Below, in pieces: positions 12,181-26,900 of a stretch of DNA of 64,000 nt; position 1 is the stretch's first letter, and every line of letters begins with the position of its first letter. Source of the stretch: the human T2T-CHM13v2.0 reference genome, Homo sapiens. The DNA is taken from assembly GCF_009914755.1 (NCBI RefSeq), contig NC_060926.1, one strand, 5' to 3'. The notes under the pieces are model-generated. The model saw only the letters and a program-made list of their open reading frames with translations. It did not search any database and had not been told where the DNA came from. Made by a program: the position numbers and the translations under genes.

Positions 12181-13267
12181 TGCACTTTTACATTTAGGCT
12201 TAGCCAGAAAATATACCTGAGGCTATAAGATATAAGCCTTTGTATGATGCAAAACAAAAGGAAACTTTTAATATAGCTGCTTCCAGGAGACAAAATACTC
12301 AGCCAAAATAGCTTATCACAAATTTTAGTTTCTACCTAAGTTTTTTAATAAAAAAGAAAAGGATTTTTTTTTTTTTGGTCAGTGTAAGTAGTTTAAAGAA
12401 CTATTTACTTAAGTCTTTAAAATTAAAGATACTTGTTAAAGAAAATTACATTTGTTAAAACTGGCTTACTCAAAATTGTAAACTGTGTTTTTCAAATTGA
12501 ATTGATTTTATCCACAGACCTTCTGAAAATTAACTCTATGCATTTCCTGATCTGGCTCCAATTAAATAAACCCCTATATCTGCAAAGATCATTTTAAAAT
12601 TATAGTCACAGAAGTCACATTCTCCTTTAAAACCATATACATTCAAACACAGTCACTTTAGAAGATTAATTTAAAATATGATAAAGAATTTCAATTTTCT
12701 GTGACCCAAATAAATGGGAAAGTTGGGATTTGAGCCTAGGCAATCTGATTATAGAACCTATTAGCCCAAATGTTATGTAAGAAGGGCATAAAATGTGTCC
12801 TAATTTTCTAGTGGCAACGGTTACTTTGAAATGTTTTTCTTTTAGGCCAAAGTATTTATCTAATAGGAACTTCAATCCAGGATCACATTTTATTATGGCA
12901 ATGACTAATTGAAAAGTGATATACATTTTCGGAGGACTCTGCAGTTTATACTATATTTTCAGTTACGTAATTTTTCAACCCAGTGTCCAGTTCTAATTTC
13001 CATGAGATGACCCTTAGTGACCGAACTTTTAAATAAGACTTTTATATCAACAGAAACACAGCTAAGTGATGCACATATAATTGGGAAGTTTTTGACTAGT
13101 ACTTCTAAAAATTAGACAAATTTCCTGCTTCTTCTTTTGAGTATGGCATGGGGAGTCTTCATTTTTGTGGGTGCTGTATAAGACACCTGTATTTGTTCTT
13201 CAAAAGCTTAGATAAAAGAGTAAATAGAATGCACAAAACTTTTCAATAAACAATTGGAACACCTTTG

Positions 13268-13331
13268 TATAGTTAAAGGGCTGACACATTCATTTCTATA
13301 TATAGTTAAAGGGCTGACACATTCATTTCTA
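13268..13331 (+). repeat. Perfect 31-bp direct repeat, 33-bp period
   Basis: tatagttaaagggctgacacattcatttcta at 13268-13298 and 13301-13331. Confidence 0.95.
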
Positions 13332-14139
13332 CTTTTTAAGAGGTTATTCTGCAGTAAACAGAAATCATTAACAACCCAAATTCTCTTACTGTTCCATAGC
13401 AAACATATATGGTTGGTGTGTAAGCGGCAAATTGAGAGATTTAATTGTTCCATCATATATTCTTTCAATGAGTCATTCATGCTCAACCCTTGCTGTGAAG
13501 AATTGGGGGCTTCCTGGTAAAGCCTAAATTGTTTTCTAAAAAAATTAATAAATTCTTTATTTATTATAAAATTCAATGTCAAGGAAAAATCCAGATTTTA
13601 TCCTTAAAGTAAGACCCATTCATTGTCTGAAATGCTCTAAAGCTTTATTCAATGTTCATAGATAAATACCGGAGGGGATGTTTTCACCATTTACAAATAA
13701 CAGTTTCACCAAAGGGTGAGGACATTATGGCATTTTTATTTTTATTGTCTTACCTAAGGGAGGAAATTGTGCACCCAAGTTGAAATTTAAGTGGGACTTT
13801 CTTTTCCTGTATCGGAAATTTAGAGAAATAAATTCTCTCAAATCTCATTCTCTGTATGTTTGTGTGTATATAGTATAGGCACAGATTATATATATTTTGT
13901 AATTTACAGATTATATATCTATATATGATACATATATGCAAGGCTATATATATGTGCATATATGAGTATATATGCAAGGCTGTAGAATAATTTTCCTCAG
14001 TACTAACATTAAATATCATGTCAAATAGGACACCATGATTTTGATTTAAGTTAATTACCAAGATTCTAAATTATTGGTCCTATCTCCTCTTCTGTGAAGA
14101 AAAACGATGATCTATCCTTTGCATGTGCAGACACTTGCA

Positions 14140-14193
14140 GAGAGAGAAAGAGAGAGAGGGAGAGAGAGAGAGAGAAGGTGAGAGAGAGAGGAG
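14140..14193 (+). repeat. (GA)n-rich microsatellite
   Basis: Visible GA repeat. Confidence 0.9.
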
Positions 14194-14452
14194 AAAACAA
14201 ACAAGCAGAATGTATGCAAAACTTGTAAAAGTGGTGGCACCAGAAAAGAATGGGAATGGAGAGAAATGCTTATATTTTACTATGTACGTGTCTATTGTTG
14301 GAATCATTTACAAAAGCATACACTATGTGTAACTAGTAAGTAAATGTGGATGACTACAAAGTGCTCTGAAGGAAAAGTACAGCTTTCTGTGAGAGCATGC
14401 AATTAGCTTAGTCAGGTGAAACAGATCCGTCTTCTTTGAGGAAGAACTGGAA

Positions 14453-14635
14453 CAGTGGTTCTCGAAGTATGGTCCATAGACCAGCAGCATCAACGTCATC
14501 TGGACACACTTTTAGAAATGCAAATTTTTATGCACCACCCAAGACCCACTGAATTAGAAACTCTGAATGAGTATGCCAGACATCTGTATTTGAAAATCCT
14601 GAAAGTGATTCCAAGGCATGCTTAAGTTGGAGAAG
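14453..14635. mobile_element. MER5A hAT-Charlie DNA transposon
   Basis: cagtggttctc end; accagcagcatca...ttagaaatgcaaatt...actgaattagaaactctg. Confidence 0.8.
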
Positions 14636-14779
14636 ATAAAGCTGAGGAAAACTACAGTGAGTATTTTCCGGGTGAGCACATGAGAATCTCCCGGGACACC
14701 TCTCAGCATTATTCTCACATCCTCACAAGCTCTGTACACCTCCTGATATCAGCCAGTTCCACATTTTTCTATGCATTTC

Positions 14780-16290
14780 TCCAAATCCTTTCGCCTACCC
14801 TCTGAAACTCAATCATTCTTTATCTAAACTCTCTATATATTTTTCACCAAATCTATTTTTTGCTCCAGCAGAAACTTAGTTATTCTTTATGACCTTACTT
14901 CCCCTAAATTCCTCTCAAATGGAAGCTGTTCTTTCTCCCTTACTGTGTCAGTAGGTCTTGATACGGGGTTAGTGTCCTTCTTTCTTATTGAAACTTCCAA
15001 ACCGTTTTTCCCTTCTTCCCCACTAACAACCTTCAGCTGCACTGAAGCTAATGTTAACAGATTCCTCTCCCCACCAATAACCCTTTCTACACAATCAACA
15101 GTCCTCCAGGACCTCACTCTCATTCTTTGAAGATTTTAGCACCTGGCTCACACTTTTTCCAACACTATTCCAGTCATAATTCTTGGTGATTTCTTTATTC
15201 ATATTCAGGAGCAAATTCTAATACTATTCCAATATTCCATAATTTGGCTCTTACTTCTTTGACTTCCTACCTTGATCTTACTTTTCACCCTGATTTAGCC
15301 ACTCATTCTCATTGGCATATCTTAGATATTGTCATTCCTACAATACACTTTGTAATTTCAGTTCTAGGCCCATTGTTCTCCAAAGATGGCCTCCTAAATT
15401 TCCAAGGCCTTGAAGTACATCCACTTCAGAAATTCTTCAATAACATTGATTCCTCCAATGTGTGGACTCCACCACCTTTCCCCTCTCCATCATGACTCTT
15501 ATTTACTCTTTGTCCAAATTAGAATCCATGGTCCATCATCATTATTATTCCCAAGTATGACTTGTTTTCTCCTTTGTTTGTCTCTATTTTCATCACACTC
15601 ATCAGAAAAACCCAGTCCTGTTAAATCTAATTTCTCCATACTTGGAACCAACCATGTGTGGCTGAAGAAAAACACATAGCCATTCTAATGGTTGCTCTTT
15701 AAATTCATGAACACAATGTTCAAATGGACACCACTGCTTCCAGGCGATTTTATGACTTTCCCTAGTTAACCTACTCTCCCATTCTTTCAAGACAGTCACC
15801 TCACAACTCCTCTCGCCTTCAATGGCTAACATCAACTTTCTCCTAGTTCCTCATTCTCAGCTAAAAACACTGTATCTCATTTCACTGGGAAAAGAGGTGA
15901 TCAGAGGAGAAATTCCATATGTTCTCATCACCGTATTTGCAAACACAACATGCATGTACCACATATTCTGCTTTTCTGCTCTTAGAAAGGATGACAATTT
16001 CAGGCTTCTGTTTATGGTCAACTCTTCTATTCATGTCCTGGATCCCATCCTCTCTGGTCAGCAAATGAGGCCCTGTCCTGCAGTCATTCATGTATTCTTC
16101 TAGTCCTTCAAATGCTGTCTCTCTATTTGATCATTTGAGTCAGCGTATATGCCATGGTCTCTTTCATCCTAAAAAAAACAAATCAGAATAAACATCTCTA
16201 CAACACCTGTTCCTTTTCCCTTTACATCTTGGGGGAAAATGCCTTGAATGGGTTATCTATACTCATGGTCTCTATTTTCCCTGGGCAGAG
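14780..16290 (+). mobile_element. L2 LINE ORF2 (endonuclease region) remnant
   Basis: Pyrimidine-rich. Translated remnants IILGDF (about 15177) and THSHWHILDIVI match APE-endonuclease GDFN and TH..G.TLD motifs. Confidence 0.75.
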
Positions 16291-16719
16291 CCCCCACAAG
16301 GTATTTAATTCATCATCTGTTTTTTTTTTTTTTCCAAATGCAAAATGTTTTAACTGCACTTGTTCATGAATACTGTATCTTTATACTTTATACCCATTAT
16401 CATAGTACTCCTAGTGCCATGTGATGATGGAGAGACTATGGGCACTTTCAGGATCTGGCTACAGGGAATTGAGTTTGGGATATATTTATTTTGATTTGGT
16501 GGGTTACTTAATTTTGTTGTTTGTAGTCATTTCTGTATGTATAGATTTTGTAAGCTCTTCAGGTGTAGGAATGGCCTCCAGGAATACTAGGACTATCCAT
16601 TGTGCCAAGTATAGCATTGTCTCACAGAGATGAAGAATCAAAGGTTGTACTGTGATATGGATGTGTTACACCATTTCATTTACGGAAAGTATGTGGGCTT
16701 TGAGAAGGAACAAGGTTTG

Positions 16720-17019
16720 GGCTGGGCGCAGTGGCTCACGCCTGTAATCCCAGCACTTTGGGACACCGAGGCAGGTGAATCACCTGAGGTCAGGAGTTTG
16801 AGGCCAGCCTGGCCAACATGGTGAAACCCTGTCTCTACTAAAAACACAAAACTTAGCCAGGCATGGTGGCGAGCACCTGTAATCCCAGCTACTAGGGAGG
16901 CTGAGGCAGGAGAATCACTTGAACCCAGGAGGCTGAGGCTGCAGTGAATCAAGATCGTGCCATTGTACTCCAGCCTGGGTGACAGAGCGAGATTCCATCT
17001 CAAAAAAAAAAAAAAAAAG
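16720..17019 (+). mobile_element. AluS
   Basis: Full dimer with poly(A); TSD gagaaggaacaaggtttg / gagaagtaacaaggtttg. Confidence 0.97.
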
Positions 17020-17099
17020 AGAGAAGTAACAAGGTTTGAAACACATAGAGCTAGAAAATAGTTTATGGAACATTTTTCCAAATTTTAGAGTTCATGAAT

Positions 17100-17576
17100 A
17101 AAGAAAATTGGTAGAGATTTTTTAGCATTCAGATTTGGCAGTAATTCTCAAAATTTACATGGGATTACCAATAAGAAGTTGTGAAGCTTAAAAAATTTTT
17201 AAAATTATCAAACCATGCCAAAAGAATGATTGAATTGTTTTACTACTTTTTTCTGTACAAATGATTTTAAAAAATTGTTTTCTTGTGAGGAGTTGATCAA
17301 AAAATATGGAGTCAGAAGGAAGTGGGGAATAAATTATCATAGAGCAGGGCCAGCCAGTTAGCCAGTTAATTTATAAAAATTATATTACTTTTATGAATTT
17401 TCTGATGTTTATAATACATATCAGCTTTTAAAAATAAGCAATTTTGTTGTTTTTTCATTCTTAATAACAATTCATGTTCTAACCTAATTTTGCCTTTATA
17501 ATTTTTTATTCTTTTTATAAAGAGGGCCTCCAAAAGTGTATGAGCTTTAAGCCCCACAAAACTAGATGTGCTCCTG
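17100..17576. mobile_element. Possible old hAT DNA transposon remnant
   Basis: Terminal agggcctcc...gccccacaaaactagatgtgctcctg resembles hAT-Tip100-type ends. The family is uncertain. Confidence 0.35.
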
Positions 17577-17708
17577 GATATGGACCACTGATTATTTGAT
17601 AGTATTGTTTATTGTCATTTTTCTTTATTATCTTTAGAGGAACAAAGTCTCATTCTCTTGTTAAAAATATTTGGTGAGAACAGTCTGTTAGTTCTTTTAA
17701 TTCCTCAT

Positions 17709-17754
<46 letters not shown>
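17709..17754 (+). repeat. (TATC)11 tetranucleotide STR
   Basis: Perfect tatc repeats. Confidence 0.97.
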
Positions 17755-17755
<1 letters not shown>

Positions 17756-18961
17756 CTATGTGTATGTGTGTGTAGATACATATATAATATATACCTACAC
17801 ACATGTGTTGTAAATGATATCTGTATATAACCATGTATGTATATATATTTATATAGACTTCTCTGAGTCACACAGTATCTGCAAGAAGTGCCATCATTTT
17901 TCCTTAGTAGGTGAAAAAAAGGATGTCAGGTAGTTGATTATGTGTTGCAAACATCTCTGTTTCTATGGAATACAGTATACACTGACATTTAATATTTAAA
18001 ATTTTGAAGCTTTTATATTTTAATGTTTTGAAATTTTGGTAAAACAGATTACATAAAATAATTATGCATTATTTTATCATTAGAAATACATTCTTTGGAA
18101 AAATAATTTGTTCCTGGGATAGTATGCATCACTCAAGAGAAAAATGTAATAAACCCCATTAATAATGTAATTAAAAGAAACCTATATTTTCAAAATGAGC
18201 CATAAAATATCGATGCAGTTTGATAAGGGTCAGTTTCTGTAACTGGGATCAAAGGATACAGGGCATGCTCTCTGACAGTGTGCCCTCCTGTTTAGGTATG
18301 GGCATGTACTGATCAGCTTCCATCCTCACACTAACTGCACTCCTTTCAAGTGTTGGCTCTGATTCACAGATCCAGACTCTATGGAACACTATATGGAGAT
18401 GAATTGTGGGGCCCAATGGGAAGTAGTGCTGTTGATCTATGAGCAATATCTTCCCTGGCCAGGTGGGGCCAAGCATCAGTTCACATCCTCAAGCTGGCCA
18501 ACTCTGGATCATGTCTCAGTCACAGGAAGAGGTTCTCAGTCCTTAAGCGTTATAAGTATTTTGGACACTGTTGAATTTCTCACATCTAACACAGTATCTG
18601 CACTGAAGATGTGATTAAAAAATAACTGTCATTTAATGGATCCTCTTTAACTGTGCTTTGTTTTTTCCATACCACTTATATTCTTGCATAGTATATTTAT
18701 CTGCTTGATATGCTTATTTTCTGTATGCATTCTTATACTAGCACAAATATTTCACAAAAGCAGAAATTTCTTCCTTTTTTGCATTCTTCACTGATATAAT
18801 CTGTCCTCAATTAAGTGCTTAACTCATAGTAAACACCCAATAAGCATTTACTGAATTAATTACCAACATAATTGTTTTTATTTCACTACCTTACCTATTT
18901 ATTTTTATCCAGGAAGTCAAACTGTAAGAGGGGGGAAAGAAGTTTCCATCAACCATTATAA

Positions 18962-19325
<364 letters not shown>

Positions 19326-19946
19326 TAGCTGCACCCAACTCTTAAACAGTTACCTCCATTCCTCTTTTTACTGTGCTAAATAGTAGCTTTGTAAACTTTT
19401 CAAGTGCTTCCATAATAAAACAGCCATGTCTTGAATGATGTTTCGTAAAATTTTTCTTGTAGGGAAATTGTTTCACATTTACACTAAATAAGAAACTCAA
19501 TGCCAGAAATACCATAATTGATTGTGTCATCCATCTTCTTGACCTCATGCTCCTTTCTTTTTTTTTTTAATGTTTTTGTTTAGTTTAAGGAGAAACAGTC
19601 CAGACAGAGAAATTCTAGGCTGTTTGCCTGCTCATTTTAGATGTCGAGTAGAGTATTCTGATGGGCAGGCTAGGAATGAGGCATCTTAGATATAAATGGC
19701 CCAAGGAAGCTATAGAGAAGGAAAACTTTAGAAAAGTAAAATCCCTTTGTAGGTATATTCATTGCCTAAGAAGTGAGTAGACGTCTATAAAATGAATCTT
19801 AGAGCATACAAGTAAGTGTGTCTCAGGCATTTTAATATCTCCAGGAAAGCTGATCTTACCACCTTACACAATAAACCTCCCCAGGTACCTAATACGCACA
19901 AATTAATTCATTGCAGATTTAGTTTCACAACTTAGAAGTAAACTGA

Positions 19947-20241
<295 letters not shown>

Positions 20242-21201
20242 TAGTTAACTGAATTACACAATGTTGAAATTCTTCAGACTTGAGCACTTGGCCTTTGCAC
20301 TTTGGAGGCACTGAGTATCAGAGATGGCTTTGCGGGATTTCATTTTTATGGATTTTTATACCAATATGAGCATCACTACCAATAAAGCAGCATATGCCAC
20401 TGGTTAGGATGACAGAGTATGGATAAGCAGAAAGGGTAAGTAGAATAGTAAGTAGAAGTATGGATAAGTAGAATGGATAAGTAGACAGCAATTGCTGTCA
20501 TCAGTGTTGTATCCCCAGCCCAACTCCCTCTCCTTGTCAGTGCCAATGCTACCCCTGTCCCTGCGGCCAGCAGAGGGAGATTTTTAATGCTGAGCACCTC
20601 TTGCTTTGGTGTGAACTGTTCTGGCTTTTTGCCTATCCTCCAAGTATATGTCATCTATGCTAACCTCCAGGGAAGACCTTCTTACAATTAACCAAGGGTG
20701 TATTTTTTCCCTCCTCTCCTCTTCCTACCTGTGACTAAAGCACTCAAGTCTGAAGTTTTTACTATGCATTTGAGGTATTGCAAAGTTTGTCCAGCAGTTC
20801 ACTGCATCAAAATTATCTGGGGCCCTTGGGGACAGAGATTAACAGGCACAGCTCTAGATCTGTTGGGGCCAGATCTCTGGGAATGGAGCAGGGAAGAAGA
20901 ATTTCTTTTTTACGACCTTCCAGATATCCGATATATTTTCTTTGGCACCAAAACCCTAAGATATAAGTGGGGAAAAAAGAATTTGACTTAAGGAGAAGCA
21001 ATGGGCTTCAGATGCTACATTTCTTTCTGGTTTGTTTGTTTTTTTTTTCATTCAGACAAACATGAAAAGCTGTGCTGTGATCTCTGATACTCACATGATC
21101 TCACTTTTAGTACAAAGAAGTAATTTCCTCTGTGAGTCTGTTTACAATGATGGGCTGTCCAGTAGGTTCTACAGAAATCTTCAGTTAAAAAAATCACTTT
21201 A

Positions 21202-21501
<300 letters not shown>

Positions 21502-21955
21502 TCACTTTAAAATTGTCATGTTTTTCTTTTTCTTTCTTAAGAACGCTTTGAGCTATCAAGATATTTGTGAAGATGTAAATTCAGTAGCTTATATTTGCCT
21601 TTTTCTCGTGTTCATGCTGAAAAATAAATCTCAGTATTTTTACTTATGAATAATTCATACACAGTGACAAAAATGCAAAAAGGAAAAGGTGTATTAATAT
21701 TTCCATAAGAAATAACCTCATAAGCTCCTGATTTGCAAGCCCTAATATCAGTCTTAAACTTTCTACAATGTCTGGATATTTATAGCTTTAACCACAACGG
21801 AAATGATTACCTGTTTATGTAATAAATCTTTCAAATTCAGAATAAAATGTGGTCCATGTTTTTCAATTATATTTGGCTGTTGAGTTCATTTTTGACTAGA
21901 AAAATAGGGGTTGTTGTAGTTAGTAACTACCACCTGTTTTTGACATATGAATTAA

Positions 21956-22085
21956 CCCATTTATGCCTAGTGTTCCCTTATTGGAACGCTAAGTATGTGG
22001 GAGTTATTTATAGCCTGCTGCTCAAGGTCATTGCCAAGGTCTGATTGCAAAAATTCAAAAAATTGCAACCTCCAGCATAAATGGG
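21956..22085 (+). mobile_element. MER85 piggyBac (PGBD3-derived) MITE
   Basis: TTAA on both sides (21952-21955, 22086-22089), TIRs cccatttatgc / gcataaatggg, internal palindrome gttcccttattggaac. Confidence 0.92.
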
Positions 22086-22737
22086 TTAATGGTGTTGAAA
22101 TCAAAGATAGCTTCCTTTATTTCTTTTCAGTTAATCCACTTTTTCCTGTTTTAGGCCTCAGTTCAGCACAGAATAGGTGTATTGGGAAATAAATATTAAT
22201 TGTGCTAGGTCTGAGAGAAATTGTGAAGCAGGCAAAATTTAGCTCTGGTGTTGTCAGCAGCTGTTTTTAAATTGCTTTCTCTCCCATCTGGGAAGCCTTT
22301 ACCTTCATGCCAGGCTTCAAGCACTAGATACTTTCTTTACTACCTTAATGATCTTTCATACAAACCGGGGCAAGTGAGAGGGAGAGAAGGAGGAAGGGGT
22401 GGAAAATGGGGAGAGAGGGAGACATGGACCTGCTATCATTCTTTTGTCTCTTTAATGAAATTTCATTCAACATGTTTTGATTTTCTTTTTCTCCAAGGAT
22501 TGCTTATATTGTACTTATGTTAAATGATGAAAACAAAGACAAAAGAGAAAAGACTTAGCAGACATGCAGCTCAGCACAAAGACAGGACAGGAGTAATAGT
22601 TTGGTTGTGAGGGACTCTTCCTGTAGTTATCTTTTGAATATTTCTACCTGCATTTGTATCTCCAGTGTATTAACTGTCCAAATTTATAATTAAAAGACTA
22701 TACCATAACTGTCTAGGTAGACTGTACATGGACTTAG

Positions 22738-23131
<394 letters not shown>

Positions 23132-23789
23132 TGAGGTGGTACGATAGACATTCCCCACCACAATTCCATTAAAGAGTTTTAAAAGGCACATCCTAAAATG
23201 AAGATTTTGTGTCTCCTCAGGAAAAGCATTTATGTTCTTTATTAAAATGAGCTGATAGCCTAATGATTTTCTGAGCCTGATGTTTAAAGTGCAGTTTTCT
23301 CGCCTTTTCTCCTGGCAAACGCAAGCGTGCTGACAGATCTTGTGGCTTGCAGGAGCACTGCTGGCTACTTGAATGTGCGGTTGTCAGGAAGCTCAGCCGC
23401 CCTCTTCTATTGGCAAGCCCGTACTGTAATCATGCAGATTTAAATAAAGAGTAAGCAAGAGAAAGCAGATAATTATCAAGATGGGTGGGCATGGGCTTCT
23501 CCCTTTAGAGGCTGTATCCACACAATTGCTCTGCACTCCTTGCCCCGGGGCTCTCAGCCACAAATTCAGAAGAACTGGACACAAGTTTTCTTTATTTTTT
23601 TTAACTTCAGTATTATAATTGGCTACATCATTATTATATAACCAGGAGTTGTATATTCTCTTGGGCATTGTTAATCCTTTTAAGTGTATTTCTTCCATAC
23701 CATCAGGTCAATGGTCATATGGTCAATTTCATAATATGTATGTTTAAAGCTGCATAAATTAGATGCTAGGTGAATATAATTAAAAAAAA

Positions 23790-24083
<294 letters not shown>

Positions 24084-24769
24084 TAGGTGAATATAATTTT
24101 TAATTCATCATCTTCTACATTCCCATTTCTAGACTTACGGATTTATGTAACAGCTCAAAGACAAAGCACCCACTTAACATCAGCAATAGGTAACGATATT
24201 GAGAAAATTCATCATGTAGAATTCTATTCAGTTTTCTTAAAAACCAAGGCAATTACTAAGATGATTATAATCACTGATTATAGGTCAATTTTGAATAAAA
24301 TATTTCTTTGATTTGAAGCATATTAATTATTCCAAAAGTATATAAACTGGAAGGTATGAGTTTTTATTTAACAAAATCTTGATTAAATATAGTAGTCCAC
24401 TAGTTGTATAGTTTTGAAACATATCACCTCTGTGATGTTTTCTCATCTACAAAACAAGATTAGGATAGGTAATCTCTACTTCCAATCGAATGCTCTTATT
24501 ACATTCATAATTACAAACCACAATGGAAAGGATTACCTGTTTATGTAATAAATCTTTCAAATTCAGAATAAAATGTGGTTTTTTTCAACAAATATCAGCC
24601 ATATTTGTGCCTTGCTTTTATAGAATAAAATAGATTATTGACAAGCAATATGTAACCTTGACGATAATTCTGTGAAGTAGATATTTTTTCCCCATATTGT
24701 CAAAGAAGAAACTGAAAGACTCTCCCCAAATTCCAGTTTGTGATTGGTCAAAAAGGGGCTTTTAAATCT

Positions 24770-24770
<1 letters not shown>

Positions 24771-24805
<35 letters not shown>

Positions 24806-24813
24806 TGTGTGTG
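24771..24813 (+). repeat. (TG)n microsatellite
   Basis: About 21 TG units. Confidence 0.97.
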
Positions 24814-26129
24814 TATTGAACTTTGAGACCACTTGCCTGTATGTGTCTTTTTATTGAGTGTTTATTATGGGATAGTAATATCTTGGACTGTGTGACAGAC
24901 ATGAAGAAATAAAATACATGGTTCTATTCTCAGAAAATTAGTATCCTGGTGAAAGAGACAAGGCATGTAGAATGTTAAATAACACTGAAAGTTGATAATG
25001 CCAGCGGTTTCAAAAGACTGAGGACAAATGTCAAAGGAATGGGAGAGACACTCAATGTCATGGGTTCCTGTGAGTGGAAGGAATAAACAGAGTGTTGTGG
25101 GGACTGAGAAAAAATAAGAGCAAAAAAAAGACTGAGTACAGGGTTCTAGTCTTCTCAAAGAGGAACAAAGAGCGGATCAGTTTCTCACCAGCAAGGACTC
25201 TATCTTTGTTTTTCTTTAGTATTTTTCCAATCTGGAGGTGTGACTCTGGGCTAAAGAAAGATTGCTGGTTGACCATATTATTTATCATAAAGCAGAGAAT
25301 GTATCTTTTTTCAAGACTTAGGAAGATGCCAACACAGATTTCAAATATAAGGGGTTATGGAGGCACTCGTTCCGAACTGCAACACCTGAGGACGATGGTC
25401 TCAGCTCTGTACAGAAGCAAGGGTCTGGGAGTGAGGGGCCAGGCAGTAAATTCACCCCTATCACACACCCTTCCTTTTAAACTACATGTTTGGAGATTCC
25501 TCCCCCGCTCTCCTGAAGTAAAATTTATAGAAAATCCACATCTTTATATGTTTATATGTTCTTGTATCTAAGTCAGGTGTATAGCAACACATACTTCAGA
25601 AGGTTAACATTCATTTGAAAGCCTCTTTACTGTTAAAATTAAAATATTTCACTGTATCCCATTGAATTGATTGAACCTCACATTTCTAAATAAACATGAA
25701 TATGGATCAAAGGAATTCAGTATCCATTCCTGTTAGAAATTTCTAGGTGGTATGAAAAGAATAGGAAGAAAATTGTATATAAGACACCAATGGCTGGTTA
25801 GTGCAGGTGGCGAGAAAATAGTCACTGCTAGCCAAGGATGAGCTAATCCCTCAGTGGCCCTTAGTTATGATCCATTCCAATACCTCAAGTATCTTCCCGG
25901 AGAAGCTCCAGATAGCCTCTTGACAAAGGCATATTGTTGTTCTTAAAGGAAATCAAGTGACAAAGTGTAGCTGGTTCAATAAAATCCAAGTCAAATGTGA
26001 AGAAAGAAGATCCCTGTACATGAATTATGACAGTCACAGTTGTTTCCTGCCTGGAGGGAAGGAGGAACTTTCTATGGCACAATTGATTGTTGAAATACTT
26101 CCCCAATATGTAACATTGTTACCAATTTT

Positions 26130-26900
26130 TATGAATTATTTTGCCAACTCTTTACTACAATTAAGAAAATTGAAGCTGAACATTATTTGGAAAAAGAATT
26201 ATGCAAAAATATCAGGATCAGTCTGAAAAAGAGGGGTAATAGGAGCAGGTAATGGCAGGTTTGACAAGATATTAAAGTGTATCAAAATTTTACATTAATT
26301 AAAACACTTGGGAGGAAAAAAGAGAAGCAAACCAACAGAACCGAATAAATACTCTTGAAATGTTTATGAATATTTATAATAACTTTGGCATTTTAAATAG
26401 TTGGTAAAAACATGGATTTAATCAATTAATGATATTGATATAACTGGCTAGCTATTTAGAAAGAAAATAAGAAAAATTCTCATGGCATTTGACTAATTTA
26501 AAGAAATTTCAGGTGGATCAAAATCAAAATACAAAAAAAATCCAATATGCATTGGAAGAAATCAGAAGAAATGTTTTTCTTAAAATATTTGCCTGAATTA
26601 AATCCAACATGTATTATAAATAAATCAAATTTATTTTTAAAATGTTTTCTTAAATACAAAATATACTAGAAGAAAAGATGAGAAATTGTTTTTCAAATTT
26701 TAGGTTGATTACATCACTAAAATGACAAGCCACACAAAAACATGTTTATAAGTCTGAATCTTGAAAAATAAAACATTCTAAATGTTCAGGATGAGTATTT
26801 AAAAGGTCAAACAACAAATTATAAATGTACAAAACAATTGCAACATATATGGAAAACAATGGCCAAATTTTATAATATAAAAAGTTCTGACAGTTAACTT
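26130..26900 (+). mobile_element. Old L1M ORF2 3' remnant
   Basis: A-rich, with L1-like gatataactggctagctattt...aaacaattgcaacatatatg. Highly diverged. Confidence 0.55.

Noticed and set aside
13268-13331. CRISPR-like 31-bp repeats
   Set aside because: Only two copies, no spacer, and the DNA is eukaryotic.
16680-17081. Alu-derived ORFs here and at 22787, 39568, 44837 and 59604
   Set aside because: Typical Alu translations ([10 protein letters not shown]).
20416-20485. Degenerate (GGATAAGTAGA)-like repeats
   Set aside because: Short low-complexity slippage product with no further structure.
21790-21853. C/D-box snoRNA interpretation of the 64-bp repeat (terminal stem, ATGATTA)
   Set aside because: There is no CTGA D box at the 3' end, and the C-box-like motif is mutated in the second copy.
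23393-23415. CTCF-like AGAGGGCGG on the minus strand
   Set aside because: The 5' half of the motif does not match.
25074-25571. 165-aa ORF
   Set aside because: Non-ATG start, AT-biased composition and no recognisable domain.
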